Shown here one piece after another: positions 39,121-49,003 of a stretch of DNA of 64,000 bases. The notes beneath the pieces are model-generated. The model did no database searches. It worked only from the letters and a program-made list of their open reading frames with translations, and was not told the DNA's origin. This DNA comes from Candidatus Poribacteria bacterium. GTDB lineage: Bacteria; Poribacteria; WGA-4E; WGA-3G. The stretch spans positions 1,344,001 through 1,408,000 of the forward strand of contig OZ244048.1 in the NCBI GenBank assembly GCA_965215265.1, given 5' to 3'. The position numbers were made by a program, and so were the translations under genes. Each line of letters begins with the position of its first letter. Position 1 is the stretch's first letter.

Positions 39121-41787
39121 TTTGAGAGATTCCCATTCCGCTTTGGCGTTTTCTGCAGCAGTTGCTAGACATCCCCAGTTTGTCTGAAAGATGCTGTCTG
39201 GCAGGCTTGCAGCTGCTGGGACAACAATCAACTCGGCGGCATCTTCCAAAGCGCCATTTTTAGTGAGAGATTCAGAGAGCTGCTTATAAAACCGTTCAGC
39301 CAAGAAAGGTGTCAACGGTGCGAAACGTTGAAGCAGCAAAGTTCCTATTATGGATAGCGTCCGTCGTGCTGCATAGGAGGTTTCATGACTGCCCATAGGG
39401 ACGAATTGAAGATAAAACCGGAGATCTATGTCACAGAAATCAAAAAGCAGTTCCCACATTTTGTGAAAATTCCGATTCCGATAGGCTGCTTCTACCTCTT
39501 TCAAACGTGCCTTCGTTGCATCCAGGGCGAGTTCATCACGCTGGTTCTGCCCTATCTCGTCCGGTACGTTTGGTGCTTCGAATTCAGAAGTCTCCCCTGC
39601 CTTGTCTGTATCCTGACAAAGTGTGGAAACCTGCTCTAATAACTGCTGCAACCGTTCATATTTGGACCAGTACTTTTTGGCAAGCGTCCCAAGTTGCCTG
39701 CGTGTTACGTTCGGTGCAATTGCCAGGAGCCGACAGACATCAGCAGGATATTGTGCAATAAACGCATCTTGAATTTCAAAAGAGCGCTCTTTTTTTCCGT
39801 CTAAAATTGGCAGTGCTTGGAGGATAAGCTGCTTAAAGGGTTGGCTCTCTTTAATCGGTCGACTTCGGCTCAGTGCTGCGGAGATAACACTCACCTCCGA
39901 CAACCATTTTGAAAGGCCGGCTTGCGGGCCGAATATGACGCTAACAGGTCCCCCCAGGGGTTTCTTAAAATCGGAATTGTGAATCACCTGAAGCAGATTG
40001 CCGAAATGCGTATCAATCAATGTGGCTTCCTTCCGGAATTCCTTTGAATTGCACTTGGGACAGAAGGTATCGGTCGGTAAGAGTTCTTCTACACTCAAGC
40101 GAAACCAATATTCAGGCCCGCGGCGGATAGAGTTCCGGATAGCCAATAGTATATTTTTATTCGTAAGGGGTTCATCACACCCATCACAGAACAAAATAGG
40201 CAGCGGCATGCCCCACTGCTGCTGCGCGGAAACCTGCAAGTCAGTGAAATTGGCTGTGGTTTTTTGGACATCGACGAGAGCCTCTGGATGCGTGGGACAG
40301 TAATTCTCCCAATATTCTGGTGCGTTAATAAGTTCCGCTGTTGGCTGATTCTCGGATAGTGAGAAGACCCATTTTGAACAGGGGCGAAAAACGGCTAGCG
40401 TCTGGCACCGCTGGCAGTGGAGCCTCGGTCCTTCCGGAGCTGAGCTCTCATTATTAGTACCTGGACGAAATTTTAAGAGATAGCCGAACTGCTCTAACTC
40501 AGGAACGATAAATTTTTCAGCATCATACAGATTCAATCCACAGAGCGTGTCGCCTTCTTCGGTGAACTTGCCGGTCTCATCAAAAACAGACGTAGAACTT
40601 CTTTTTAAGAGCTGCGCAATATAGTAACTTAACGGGTTGTGCGCAGCATTTAGATGAATAACCCCGGCAAATCGTTCGTTTTGATGCGCATCGCCGCCAT
40701 ACCGATTCTCTTTCAGCATCCGGGCTGCTTCCTCGACGACGTTTTCGGGAATTGGAATAATCTTTAAAATTTTTGATGTAAAAAGTGGATGGGATACCGT
40801 GCATTTTGTGAGTTCAGAACTGCGTAGTTGCCTTAAGACTTCAAGAGTCTGGCCGGTTTTCGCCAAATGGTTTTGAAAAATCTGCAGCTGCGGTTCGGCA
40901 AAAAGCAGGTATTCACTTTCAAACCGAGTGAGGTAATAGGTAGCATTTTCACTAATTCCGAGTTCTGTCGTGCCTGCTATTTCCCAAATATGAGCGAACT
41001 CAAGACAAAAGAAGACATCGATGCCAAATTCCTCGAAACCGGTGCTGAAAGGAAATTTCACAAACGCAGGCAATGTGTCTGTTACACGATGTTCAGTTTT
41101 GCCAGTCTCAAGCGGTGCAGAGCACTTGGGACACCAAGCGCCAAGATGTGGCAGGTCTTGTAAATAGTGATACTCACGGAGCCGGCTGAGCAGTGGAATC
41201 AACTTTGACTCCTGCCGTGCGTCATGGTTTTTCAGTGCCAACTCCCAAGCTGCAAAACAGCCGAGTTGTTTTAATTTTTCTTGATTCGCTTCTAATTGCT
41301 TTATATAGAGTGTGTAGCACTGCTTCCGGAAGCGAAACATATCCAGCGGCGATTTAGAATTGGCTGCAGCTTCCGTTGCGATTTTATCTTCAATATAGGC
41401 AGGATATTTCTCCCAAGCAGGTATATATATCACTTCGCGTGCTTGCAGCATTTCTGCCTTAAGGAATATGTCTTGACAAATTTTTCTACAAAGCGTCCGG
41501 TGGTTGAGTGCATGAGTGGGAGCCGGCATTTCTCGAATAACATAAGTGACCGTATCGTTCTCTTGCGGGGTCTCATCAACTGGCGGTGTGTGTGCGGCAA
41601 TATCTACTGATGGGGAGGCTTTAGCACGTAGCACCGTCACCGATTGCAAAGGGTAAACTCCGGCGTTATCCCAGAGATTTAAAATTGATTTTTCTTCATG
41701 TCGACTGAGATATTCTGCAGACCTCGATGGAATTTTAGCGTTCCCGTTTTTACGTTGTACACTTTTGGTAGAAGCTCTTTTTTTCAT
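39094..41787 (-). CDS. Isoleucyl-tRNA synthetase-like protein with degenerate catalytic motifs
   Basis: IleRS-like order of motifs (WCPKC..PL, VKFP, HPL, G.FTEE, WG.PLP, CPKC..KE, YPAD..RL, AP..PF.AE) and the ileS-lspA position, but no HIGH or KMSKS. Confidence 0.8.
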   Translation of the reverse strand: MKKRASTKSVQRKNGNAKIPSRSAEYLSRHEEKSILNLWDNAGVYPLQSVTVLRAKASPSVDIAAHTPPVDETPQENDTVTYVIREMPAPTHALNHRTLCRKICQDIFLKAEMLQAREVIYIPAWEKYPAYIEDKIATEAAANSKSPLDMFRFRKQCYTLYIKQLEANQEKLKQLGCFAAWELALKNHDARQESKLIPLLSRLREYHYLQDLPHLGAWCPKCSAPLETGKTEHRVTDTLPAFVKFPFSTGFEEFGIDVFFCLEFAHIWEIAGTTELGISENATYYLTRFESEYLLFAEPQLQIFQNHLAKTGQTLEVLRQLRSSELTKCTVSHPLFTSKILKIIPIPENVVEEAARMLKENRYGGDAHQNERFAGVIHLNAAHNPLSYYIAQLLKRSSTSVFDETGKFTEEGDTLCGLNLYDAEKFIVPELEQFGYLLKFRPGTNNESSAPEGPRLHCQRCQTLAVFRPCSKWVFSLSENQPTAELINAPEYWENYCPTHPEALVDVQKTTANFTDLQVSAQQQWGMPLPILFCDGCDEPLTNKNILLAIRNSIRRGPEYWFRLSVEELLPTDTFCPKCNSKEFRKEATLIDTHFGNLLQVIHNSDFKKPLGGPVSVIFGPQAGLSKWLSEVSVISAALSRSRPIKESQPFKQLILQALPILDGKKERSFEIQDAFIAQYPADVCRLLAIAPNVTRRQLGTLAKKYWSKYERLQQLLEQVSTLCQDTDKAGETSEFEAPNVPDEIGQNQRDELALDATKARLKEVEAAYRNRNFHKMWELLFDFCDIDLRFYLQFVPMGSHETSYAARRTLSIIGTLLLQRFAPLTPFLAERFYKQLSESLTKNGALEDAAELIVVPAAASLPDSIFQTNWGCLATAAENAKAEWESLKASSTEAQH

Positions 41788-41813
41788 ACACCTATTATCC
41801 TTAGATTTATCCG

Positions 41814-42065
41814 CTAAAGCATTCTTATCAAAAGGGATAGCAGCATTATGAGTATCCAGGGTGAAAAGTCAATCCCAAGATTCCGGGACACCGGGTCAAG
41901 CGCACGACGAATAGGATTTAGAACAGGATCCACGATAGAATTCGTCAAGGAATAAATTTGCCTGACAGTGGCGTTCCGAGTACCGAAGACAAAGTACGAA
42001 AGAATAACATTGGCCAAAACAACAAAAATATAAATTTCGAGTAGGTGTTTAAGTATATTAGCGAT
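41814..42065 (-). CDS. yggT: YggT family membrane protein (start codon unclear)
   Basis: LLEIYIFVVLANVILSYF...DPVLNPIRR...GIDFSP; similarity extends upstream of the TTG at 42017. Confidence 0.82.
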   Translation of the reverse strand: MANILKHLLEIYIFVVLANVILSYFVFGTRNATVRQIYSLTNSIVDPVLNPIRRALDPVSRNLGIDFSPWILIMLLSLLIRML

Positions 42066-42424
42066 TTTTTTGTATCCTTCAGTGCCATCAACGCTTATGA
42101 TTTTGATGGCTCGTGTATAAATCTCGTTTTTTTGTATATCTCCGTACCATCAACGTCTCTGTTTTGATGAGTCGTGTGTTGGCAGGATAGGTATCTTTCT
42201 CTGTCCATGAGAGAAGATAACCTTTTACCTGCCAATCTATAGATAAATCTCGCCAGAGCCTACTTAGGCATAGTCTTTTGAAGTCAAAGCATCAGAAGGC
42301 TCCGACGAGATTTGTAAAGTTATTAACATTGCAGCAGCCTTGTATCGGGCTCCTGTAGACGAAAGAACGAGATTTGTAAATGTTTTATCAAAACAAACGC
42401 TCTTATTGTGCTGCACTATACGAA
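42065..42424. repeat. Repeat family cluster with nested hairpin element
   Basis: Two forward and two reverse arms; insert at about 42179-42244. Confidence 0.88.
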
Positions 42425-43234
42425 TTATGTATTGCCAAGTTGTTTTGAACGTTCTGTAGCGGCAAGGATAGCTTCCGTAACGGTGGCACGTAATCGCCCT
42501 TTTTCGAGTGCATGGAGTCCAGCTGCGGTTGTTCCGCCGGGTGTCGTCACACGATTTTTAAGAACGGCTGGATGTTCATCCAGTTGGTCTAGCATCTGTG
42601 CGGTTCCTAAGACTGTATATGTTGCTAACTGTTGTGCAGCATTCCGGGGTAATCCGACCTGTACACCGGCATCTGCTAAAGCCTCTATAAAGAGTGCGAC
42701 GTAGGCGGGTCCGCTGCCGCTGACACCAGTTACAGCGTTGAGATGTTGTTCATCCATAACTAAAGTAGTGCCACAAGCGTTGAAGAGTTCCAAGGTTATC
42801 TGAATATGAGTTTCATCTGTGCAACTGCCTTTTGCGAGTACAGATACAGCGGAACGTGCGGCTGCGGCGATGTTCGGCATAACGCGAACGATAGGGGGCG
42901 TTGCTTCAAAGTAAGATTCAAGCGTTGCAGTTGAAACGCCAGCAGCGATACTAATTACCCATTGCGGTGATAAAAGGTTTTTCGCTACCTGAGGCAGAAT
43001 GTGTGGCACTGCTCCGGGCGGTACTGCACAGAGAATCGCGTCTGTGTTTTCGAGGAGTTCGGCGATATTTGATACGGCTTTCACATTCTGCTCCTCGACA
43101 AGTTGCGCGACAAGATTCTTATCAATATCCGTAACCCAAATCTGATTTTCAGGGAGCAGGGTGCCGGCGACATTTCTCACGATAACGCCGCCCATTTTTC
43201 CGATACCGATGACTCCCAATTTAAAGTTGTTCAT
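42425..43234 (-). CDS. proC: Pyrroline-5-carboxylate reductase
   Basis: IGIGKMG, ISIAAG, RVMPN, SGSGPAY, VTTPGGTT. Confidence 0.96.
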   Translation of the reverse strand: MNNFKLGVIGIGKMGGVIVRNVAGTLLPENQIWVTDIDKNLVAQLVEEQNVKAVSNIAELLENTDAILCAVPPGAVPHILPQVAKNLLSPQWVISIAAGVSTATLESYFEATPPIVRVMPNIAAAARSAVSVLAKGSCTDETHIQITLELFNACGTTLVMDEQHLNAVTGVSGSGPAYVALFIEALADAGVQVGLPRNAAQQLATYTVLGTAQMLDQLDEHPAVLKNRVTTPGGTTAAGLHALEKGRLRATVTEAILAATERSKQLGNT

Positions 43235-43239
43235 CTTTT

Positions 43240-43740
43240 TGTTTTTTTGTATATCTCCGTACCATCAACGCTTATGCTTTTGCTAACTCGTGTGTAAATC
43301 TCGTCGGAGATTCCTTAGGTTATGTCTTTAAAAATCTAAACATCAGAACCCTCCCAGTGGGTGGCAGGTGGCGGGGTTCGGTTATCTTTTCACTCCTTGC
43401 AGGAGTGAAAAAGAACCTATAGGTGGCAGGTAAAAGGTAATCTTATCTCTCCTGAAAGGAGAGATAAAGAATACCTATCCTGCCATACCTTATCCCCGCC
43501 ATCTATAGATAAAAGGTAATCTTCTCTCATGGACAGAGAAAGAATACCTATCCTGCCACTGGCGAGATTTGTAAAGTTATTAACATTGCAGCAGCCTTGT
43601 ATCGGGCTGAAATATACGAAAGAACGAGATTTTCACAGATTTTTACAAAACATAGAGCGTCATTGGGCACCTATAGGCGAAAGAACGAGATTTGTGCTAA
43701 GGTTTTCATTAAATCCGTCTTTGTTCTGCTGCACTATACT
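43240..43740. repeat. Repeat family cluster with triple nested hairpin element
   Basis: Arms flanking a ~210-bp insert (43350-43560). Confidence 0.88.
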
Positions 43741-44488
43741 AAAGAAAGATTGCCCGTCCGATTCTTACTAAGTTGGCGCCCTCTTCAATCGCTATTTCAA
43801 AGTCGTTTGTCATTCCCATAGAGAGGTATCGCATGATAACGTCAGGAAATTGCTGTGCTTCTATCTTCTCGGCGACGGTTCTCAACAAAGCGAAAGCCTT
43901 GCGATTTGTCGCTGGCGGAGCGTCTAACTGTCCGATTGTCATCAACCCAAGGATGCGCACGGCTGGATATCCTAAAGATTGTTCAATAAACCGGGGTACA
44001 TCTGCTGCATGTACACCATATTTACTTGCCTCACCGGTAGTATTTACCTGAATTAAAACATCTGTCTGCTGCCGGGGCGCTTCGGACCGACGTGCTATTT
44101 CTGCGAAAAGGCGCACACTGTCCACTGAATGAATCAGCGAAAACATCTGGAGTGCGGTTTTCACCTTATTGCGCTGTAAATGTCCGATAAGGTGCCAACG
44201 ACACGTTTTATCACCGACTGCATGGTACTTCTGTTGTGCTTCCTGCACCCGGTTTTCACCGATATTGGCAACCCCTGCAGCGATGGCTGTCTCGATCTCC
44301 ATGACGGAACGTCCTTTGGTGACTGCGACGAGCGCTATCGTATCAGGTGAGCGGCCGCTTCGTTCCGCGGCAGCTGCCAATCGTTCGTTCACTCTGGAAA
44401 GGTTTTCCGCAATTTTTTTTGCGTGCTCCGTGCAAGAAACCGGTTGTGTTGCTAAAATAGAATTGTTCGTATCTCTTAGTACCATCAA
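43739..44488 (-). CDS. yggS: PLP homeostasis protein (YggS/PROSC)
   Basis: LVAVTK, GENRVQE, WHLIGHLQRNK, HSVDS, LSMGMT.DFE.AIEEGA..VRIG. Confidence 0.96.
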   Translation of the reverse strand: MMVLRDTNNSILATQPVSCTEHAKKIAENLSRVNERLAAAAERSGRSPDTIALVAVTKGRSVMEIETAIAAGVANIGENRVQEAQQKYHAVGDKTCRWHLIGHLQRNKVKTALQMFSLIHSVDSVRLFAEIARRSEAPRQQTDVLIQVNTTGEASKYGVHAADVPRFIEQSLGYPAVRILGLMTIGQLDAPPATNRKAFALLRTVAEKIEAQQFPDVIMRYLSMGMTNDFEIAIEEGANLVRIGRAIFL

Positions 44489-44615
44489 GATTATGTATTG
44501 TTAATAACTGTATAAATCTCGTAGTAGGTTCCTTAGGTATACCTAAACGGCTCAGACGAGGTTTGTGCTAAGGTTTACATCACATCAGGCGGTGGCGTGC
44601 TGCCATAGACGAAAA
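44465..44615. repeat. Repeat family, single inverted arm pair
   Basis: ttcgtatctcttagtaccatc...aaatctcg...gacgaggtttgtgctaagg...gtgctgccatagacgaa. Confidence 0.85.
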
Positions 44616-44675
44616 ATTGGCGTCTCCTGTCCTCAGGGCACCCACCTTTCATCTATCACCTATTCTCCGTGGTGT

Positions 44676-45002
44676 CTATGCATTATCCTCGCTTGAAGGC
44701 TCAGTTGTTTCTGATGTCCACAACGTTTTTTGGATGTCATCTGGCGTTTGCTCATTGATAAGCCTTTGGCTGTTGAACGAAAACAGGATACCGATAACTG
44801 CCATGAGTACTGCCAAGCTAACGATACCTATGCCGACTGTCAGGGTATGTGTAGCTTCCGTGTAGATCTGTGTAACTTGAACTGCAGTTGTTGGTTCTGA
44901 TAAGGTTTTCTGATATTTTGCAGGATAGATGCCGCCCAGAACAATGAAAATGAGTCCTATGATACCTATAACTATTGAAAGAATTAGAAATAGAAACCTC
45001 AT
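44676..45002 (-). CDS. Hypothetical membrane protein (2 TM)
   Basis: Two hydrophobic helices; co-oriented with its neighbours. Confidence 0.65.
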   Translation of the reverse strand: MRFLFLILSIVIGIIGLIFIVLGGIYPAKYQKTLSEPTTAVQVTQIYTEATHTLTVGIGIVSLAVLMAVIGILFSFNSQRLINEQTPDDIQKTLWTSETTEPSSEDNA

Positions 45003-45078
45003 TTCATCGGGGCCTCACTGCCGAAAATTAAAAACATTAATTTAATGATACCACATTTATGAAGAGAATGCAAAAATT

Positions 45079-45915
45079 TTATGGTTTTTTGGTTTGGAGC
45101 ATAATAAAGGAGACCATTCGGCCAGTTTGTCCGGTTGATGCGCGATGTGAATAAAACATTTCTGTGCAACAAGCAGTACAAAATGGCGAGACGGAAATTG
45201 TCGACGGTGGCACCCCATACGCCACCAATTGGAGGATGTTAGCAGTTTGCAGACTTAGATGTGTCCCCTTCCGCACAGTTTTCCCAAAGTGTGCCTCAAA
45301 CTGAAAGAGGAGCTCTGGACTTACGGTATAGCAACACTTCTGGATAGATGGACCTAAATGGATGAGACAATGGTCGGCGGCAGTCCCGAGCTGTGCTTTC
45401 ATACGCGATATGACGTTTTGTACGATACGTCCTAAAGTGCCGCGCCAACCTGCATGCACAATACCAATAGCAGGCGTGACTGTATCTAAGATGAAGATAG
45501 GTACGCAATCTGCAGTAAAAATTCCTAACCCAAGCCTGTGCCGTGCTGTAATGAGGGCATCCGCCGCTTGGATGTCATCGCTTACCAGTTCTCCACTGAA
45601 ACATCCAAAGGGCAAATACGAATCGCCGGGAATATCCTCTGGTGCCCCACACAATTTTTCAGTTGATAAAGGTTCTACATCTACATTAATAACACAGTTA
45701 CTATGAATTTGATGGCAGTAAACAAACGGTGCGAATCCGGTCCGCCGCAAAAAAACGTGCCGGTTGCTCGCGACAGCGTCCGGCTCATCACCTACGTGCG
45801 ACGCGAGATTCAGTGACGTATAAGGTGAGCGGCTGGTTCCTCCGTGGCGTAGGCTTATCCCTGCTTTCACGAGTCCTGTAGACTCAAGTTGATAAATCGG
45901 GTGAAAAATTTCCAT
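45079..45915 (-). CDS. pgeF: Peptidoglycan editing factor / purine nucleoside phosphorylase (YfiH)
   Basis: SLNL..HVGD, QIHS, ADALIT, TADCVP, HAGWRG, GPSI..CCY, FYSHR. Confidence 0.93.
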   Translation of the reverse strand: MEIFHPIYQLESTGLVKAGISLRHGGTSRSPYTSLNLASHVGDEPDAVASNRHVFLRRTGFAPFVYCHQIHSNCVINVDVEPLSTEKLCGAPEDIPGDSYLPFGCFSGELVSDDIQAADALITARHRLGLGIFTADCVPIFILDTVTPAIGIVHAGWRGTLGRIVQNVISRMKAQLGTAADHCLIHLGPSIQKCCYTVSPELLFQFEAHFGKTVRKGTHLSLQTANILQLVAYGVPPSTISVSPFCTACCTEMFYSHRASTGQTGRMVSFIMLQTKKP

Positions 45916-45937
45916 GAATCTTTTTCCGTCTAACAGG

Positions 45938-46264
45938 TCAAGATTTGTAATCTTCCCGGGGTGGACTAAAAATATCTAACGCAGCAGCAGGCTCGTTAAA
46001 CGTTCTTGCACTGTGCTTTGCATTGGAAGGAATTAGGTAGGCATCCCCTTGTTTGAGTATCTGACTCTCTCCATCAATGGACAACTCAAATGTTCCTTCC
46101 AGCACCATGCCCATCTGTTCATGATAGTGGCTATGTTCCGCCACCACACTGTTGGGTTGAAGATTGACGAAGGACATCATCAACTTCTCGCCGTGAAGGG
46201 TACGAATGGTAGCACCATCAAAAACAGGTTTTTCGGGCTGCTCATCAATCTTATAAAAAGGCAT
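45938..46264 (-). CDS. Cupin domain protein
   Basis: HSHYHEQ, IPSN.KH, DIFSPPREDY. Confidence 0.9.
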   Translation of the reverse strand: MPFYKIDEQPEKPVFDGATIRTLHGEKLMMSFVNLQPNSVVAEHSHYHEQMGMVLEGTFELSIDGESQILKQGDAYLIPSNAKHSARTFNEPAAALDIFSPPREDYKS

Positions 46265-46858
46265 AAGTTCTCATCCACTCCTTTGAATCTATGCGCGAAC
46301 CTCGCCGCAATCCGATGTTATGTGCCTATATGCTAATTTCTTTAACCGAAAAATGATGCGAGAATTAGGCGTAACGGTTATAGAGCGCTCTGCCCCTGAT
46401 CCCATCGTTAAAATGATAACAGATTTCAGGAAAAGAGTCAACCCCAAAATATCAACCGATTTAGCTGGATGGCTTGTCGGCAATGTGTCAGACGTGACGA
46501 AAATCACGGCATATCGCAGGCATAGGTGAGAAACGTTGTTGAACTTGTGGTGCCGATTGGAAGCACGAGGTTCATTCATAATCTGTGTGCGATGTTTGGT
46601 GTTGGGTGTCTGAATCAGGATTTGCAGGATTTCCGGATGGGCAGCTGATGCGGAGATTTGCGGGATGGAAATCTCAGGGGTGCTCGGGTGTGGTTAGGAA
46701 ACCACACCTACGAGAAGGGGAGCCGATAAGCATCTCTATTGCAAAGGGTCTCCGGGGAAAAGCAATTGGGTGGTTCACGCGATGTGGTGTCAAGGTGGAT
46801 GGCATTTTAAATCGTTGCGATAGGCCACAGTGCCTCATTATTTCGTTAATATCCGCTT

Positions 46859-47614
46859 TCATGGAAAGGGGATATCCGGAGAAGGCGGTTGCACGTAAAG
46901 TACTCTCCTGCAGCTTGAACAGTGAACGAATTTCTCGTATTTTTGTGCGTCCTTGACTGTTTGCGGCTGGATTGCGATGCGGCAGCTGCCACAGATGGCC
47001 TCCGTCTCTGTAACAAGCCCCAAGGCAACAAAATCAGTTTTCTGCAGGTCAACCCATCTATGGTATTGGTTACTAAAACGTTCCTCTATTTTGGGTAGAA
47101 ATTCTCTGCGCTCCTTCAATTTTTGGGTTAATTGTGCTTCTATTGTCTTCCGTTCTGCTTCGAGGCTGGCTTTTTTCTGTTCATTTTCCTTATGAATTCG
47201 GTTTGCTTCAGCCTCAAGTTTGTCTAATGCAGCTTTAAGCCGGTCGCTATCTTCCATTGCTTCTAAAATTAGGTCTTCAGCTTCTGCATCTTTCAGGTTT
47301 AGGAAGTCAATTTGGTTTTCCAAAGCACGATACGCTTCGTTTGATTTGACTTCGCGCTGCTCTGTCCTATATTTTTCCCGTTGCTGGGCGTTCATTTCGA
47401 TTTCAGCGTTCTTGGAACGCTGCACTTTCTCTGATTCTGCGAGTTCTGCAGAGGTTACTGCGATGTCCTTTTTATATTTAGCGGCAGCAGTCTCTAACTC
47501 TTGAATGTAGGGTGGAATCTCTTGGAGGCGTTTGTGGATTGACAACAGTTCCCTGTCGCGTTCTTGGAGTTGATAGAGCAGGGCTAGTTGTTGCCGTAGA
47601 GATGGGTTCGCCAT
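46859..47614 (-). CDS. Coiled-coil C4 zinc-ribbon protein (CT398/HP0958-like)
   Basis: L..LQE.D N-terminus, long coiled coil, CGSC...CSSCRRVLY. Confidence 0.9.
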   Translation of the reverse strand: MANPSLRQQLALLYQLQERDRELLSIHKRLQEIPPYIQELETAAAKYKKDIAVTSAELAESEKVQRSKNAEIEMNAQQREKYRTEQREVKSNEAYRALENQIDFLNLKDAEAEDLILEAMEDSDRLKAALDKLEAEANRIHKENEQKKASLEAERKTIEAQLTQKLKERREFLPKIEERFSNQYHRWVDLQKTDFVALGLVTETEAICGSCRIAIQPQTVKDAQKYEKFVHCSSCRRVLYVQPPSPDIPFP

Positions 47615-48435
47615 TATATTTCAGTCTCCTTTTCGACAAGATAAGCGAAGAAAATGCCGAGTTGATATAGCACAAAGAGCGGTAGCGCCATCAAAAGCAT
47701 TGAGCCAGGATCTGCTGGCGTTAATAGTGCTGACATGACACAGATGCCTAACAGTGCGTAACGCTGCTTTTCCCGGAAGCCTCGGGAATCAATAATGCCA
47801 ATCCGGGCGAGAAATGCCATCACAATTGGTAACTCAAAAGCAATGCCGAACCCCAGAATCAGCCGAGTGACAAAGGTCACGTATTTTTCCAAATCCCACC
47901 GGTTAGGTAACTCTGGCAGCAGCTGCGCTGAGAATTGCAACACCACTGGCGTAACGATGAAGTACGCGAAAACGGCACCAAAAATAAAGAAGATTACAAT
48001 AATGATAAAAAGCGGGATGCCGAATTTGCGTTCTTGTTGGTTCAGCGCTGGAAACACAAAAGCCCATACCTGATAGAGGATTATCGGCAAAGCGAGAACG
48101 ATGCCAGTCGTAATGCCGAGCCTCAAGTAAGCCATTATCCCTTCAAGCGGTCCTACCTTAAACAGTTCAGCGTCGATATCTGATGTCCCAGCGCGTAAAG
48201 AGAGCGCGAAGAACCCCATTATTGATGCCTCTGTCCCCACTATTGCCTCAATGGTTGTAGCCAGCAGATTGTTAATCGAAGTTTTGAGCGGAAACAGAAT
48301 GACCTTTTCAATGGGTTTACTAAAAGAGAGACTCAGAACCGTGAAAACACCGATTGCGCTGGCTGACACAATAATGCGCCTGCGCAGCTCCTCAAGGTGC
48401 TCCCAAAAAGTCATTGCTACATCGTCTGGTGCCAT
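47614..48435 (-). CDS. tatC: Twin-arginine translocase subunit TatC
   Basis: MTFWEHLEELRRR, YQVWAFVFPAL, FGIAFELP, LTPADP. Confidence 0.96.
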   Translation of the reverse strand: MAPDDVAMTFWEHLEELRRRIIVSASAIGVFTVLSLSFSKPIEKVILFPLKTSINNLLATTIEAIVGTEASIMGFFALSLRAGTSDIDAELFKVGPLEGIMAYLRLGITTGIVLALPIILYQVWAFVFPALNQQERKFGIPLFIIIVIFFIFGAVFAYFIVTPVVLQFSAQLLPELPNRWDLEKYVTFVTRLILGFGIAFELPIVMAFLARIGIIDSRGFREKQRYALLGICVMSALLTPADPGSMLLMALPLFVLYQLGIFFAYLVEKETEI

Positions 48436-48449
48436 AGTCTCCTTGCTAG

Positions 48450-48677
48450 TTACGAGGATTCGGGCGGTTTCGTCCGTCTCGAAACTGTTTCTGTGTTAGA
48501 ATTCTTCTCGGGTTCATTGGCTGCCCGTGTCAATTCATCTTGGAGCTCGCTGCCGGCGCTCTTAAATTCTCGAATTGCCTTCCCTAAAGAACGTCCCATT
48601 TCCGGTAGTTTTTTCGGGCCAAAGATTACGAGTGCAATTGCCAGGATAATAAGAATCTCCATTCCGCCTAACCCCAT
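48450..48677 (-). CDS. tatA: Twin-arginine translocase subunit TatA
   Basis: MGLGGMEILIIL...FGPKKLPEMGRSLGKAIREFK; SD AGGAGG. Confidence 0.95.
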   Translation of the reverse strand: MGLGGMEILIILAIALVIFGPKKLPEMGRSLGKAIREFKSAGSELQDELTRAANEPEKNSNTETVSRRTKPPESS

Positions 48678-49003
48678 CTTCTTGATTCCTCCTTTGGTGA
48701 ATAGTGTCGTCGATAATAGACTAGTCTTGTTACCTAAGGTGCAACAGTCAGACAAGCCCCCAACGTGACCTAAATCATTATACCACATAGTTATCCACTT
48801 CGCAACTAAAAATCCGAAAAAAGGTTGAACTGATTTGCCTAAAGTGGTATGATATATCGCGATGCTTGGATTTTTCTTACAGTTGGAGCCTGTTTATATG
48901 GTGCTTTAAAGCAGTAACGACGTGTGGCGTTCGATTTCCTCAGTGACTTTTTGAAAGGTCTACGTGCTATTTCTAAATCAAAGTCCGTATGTCAGCTGAT
49001 ACC

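Noticed and set aside
29948-44615. Integron attC sites between genes
   Set aside because: No consistent RYYYAAC/GTTRRRY ends, no intI, and the genes are conserved housekeeping genes in typical order.
46270-46858. Possible RNase P RNA or tRNA downstream of the zinc-ribbon gene
   Set aside because: No GAGGAAAGTCC or tRNA T-loop signature; only a short ggtgtggtt/aaccacacc hairpin and a repeat fragment.
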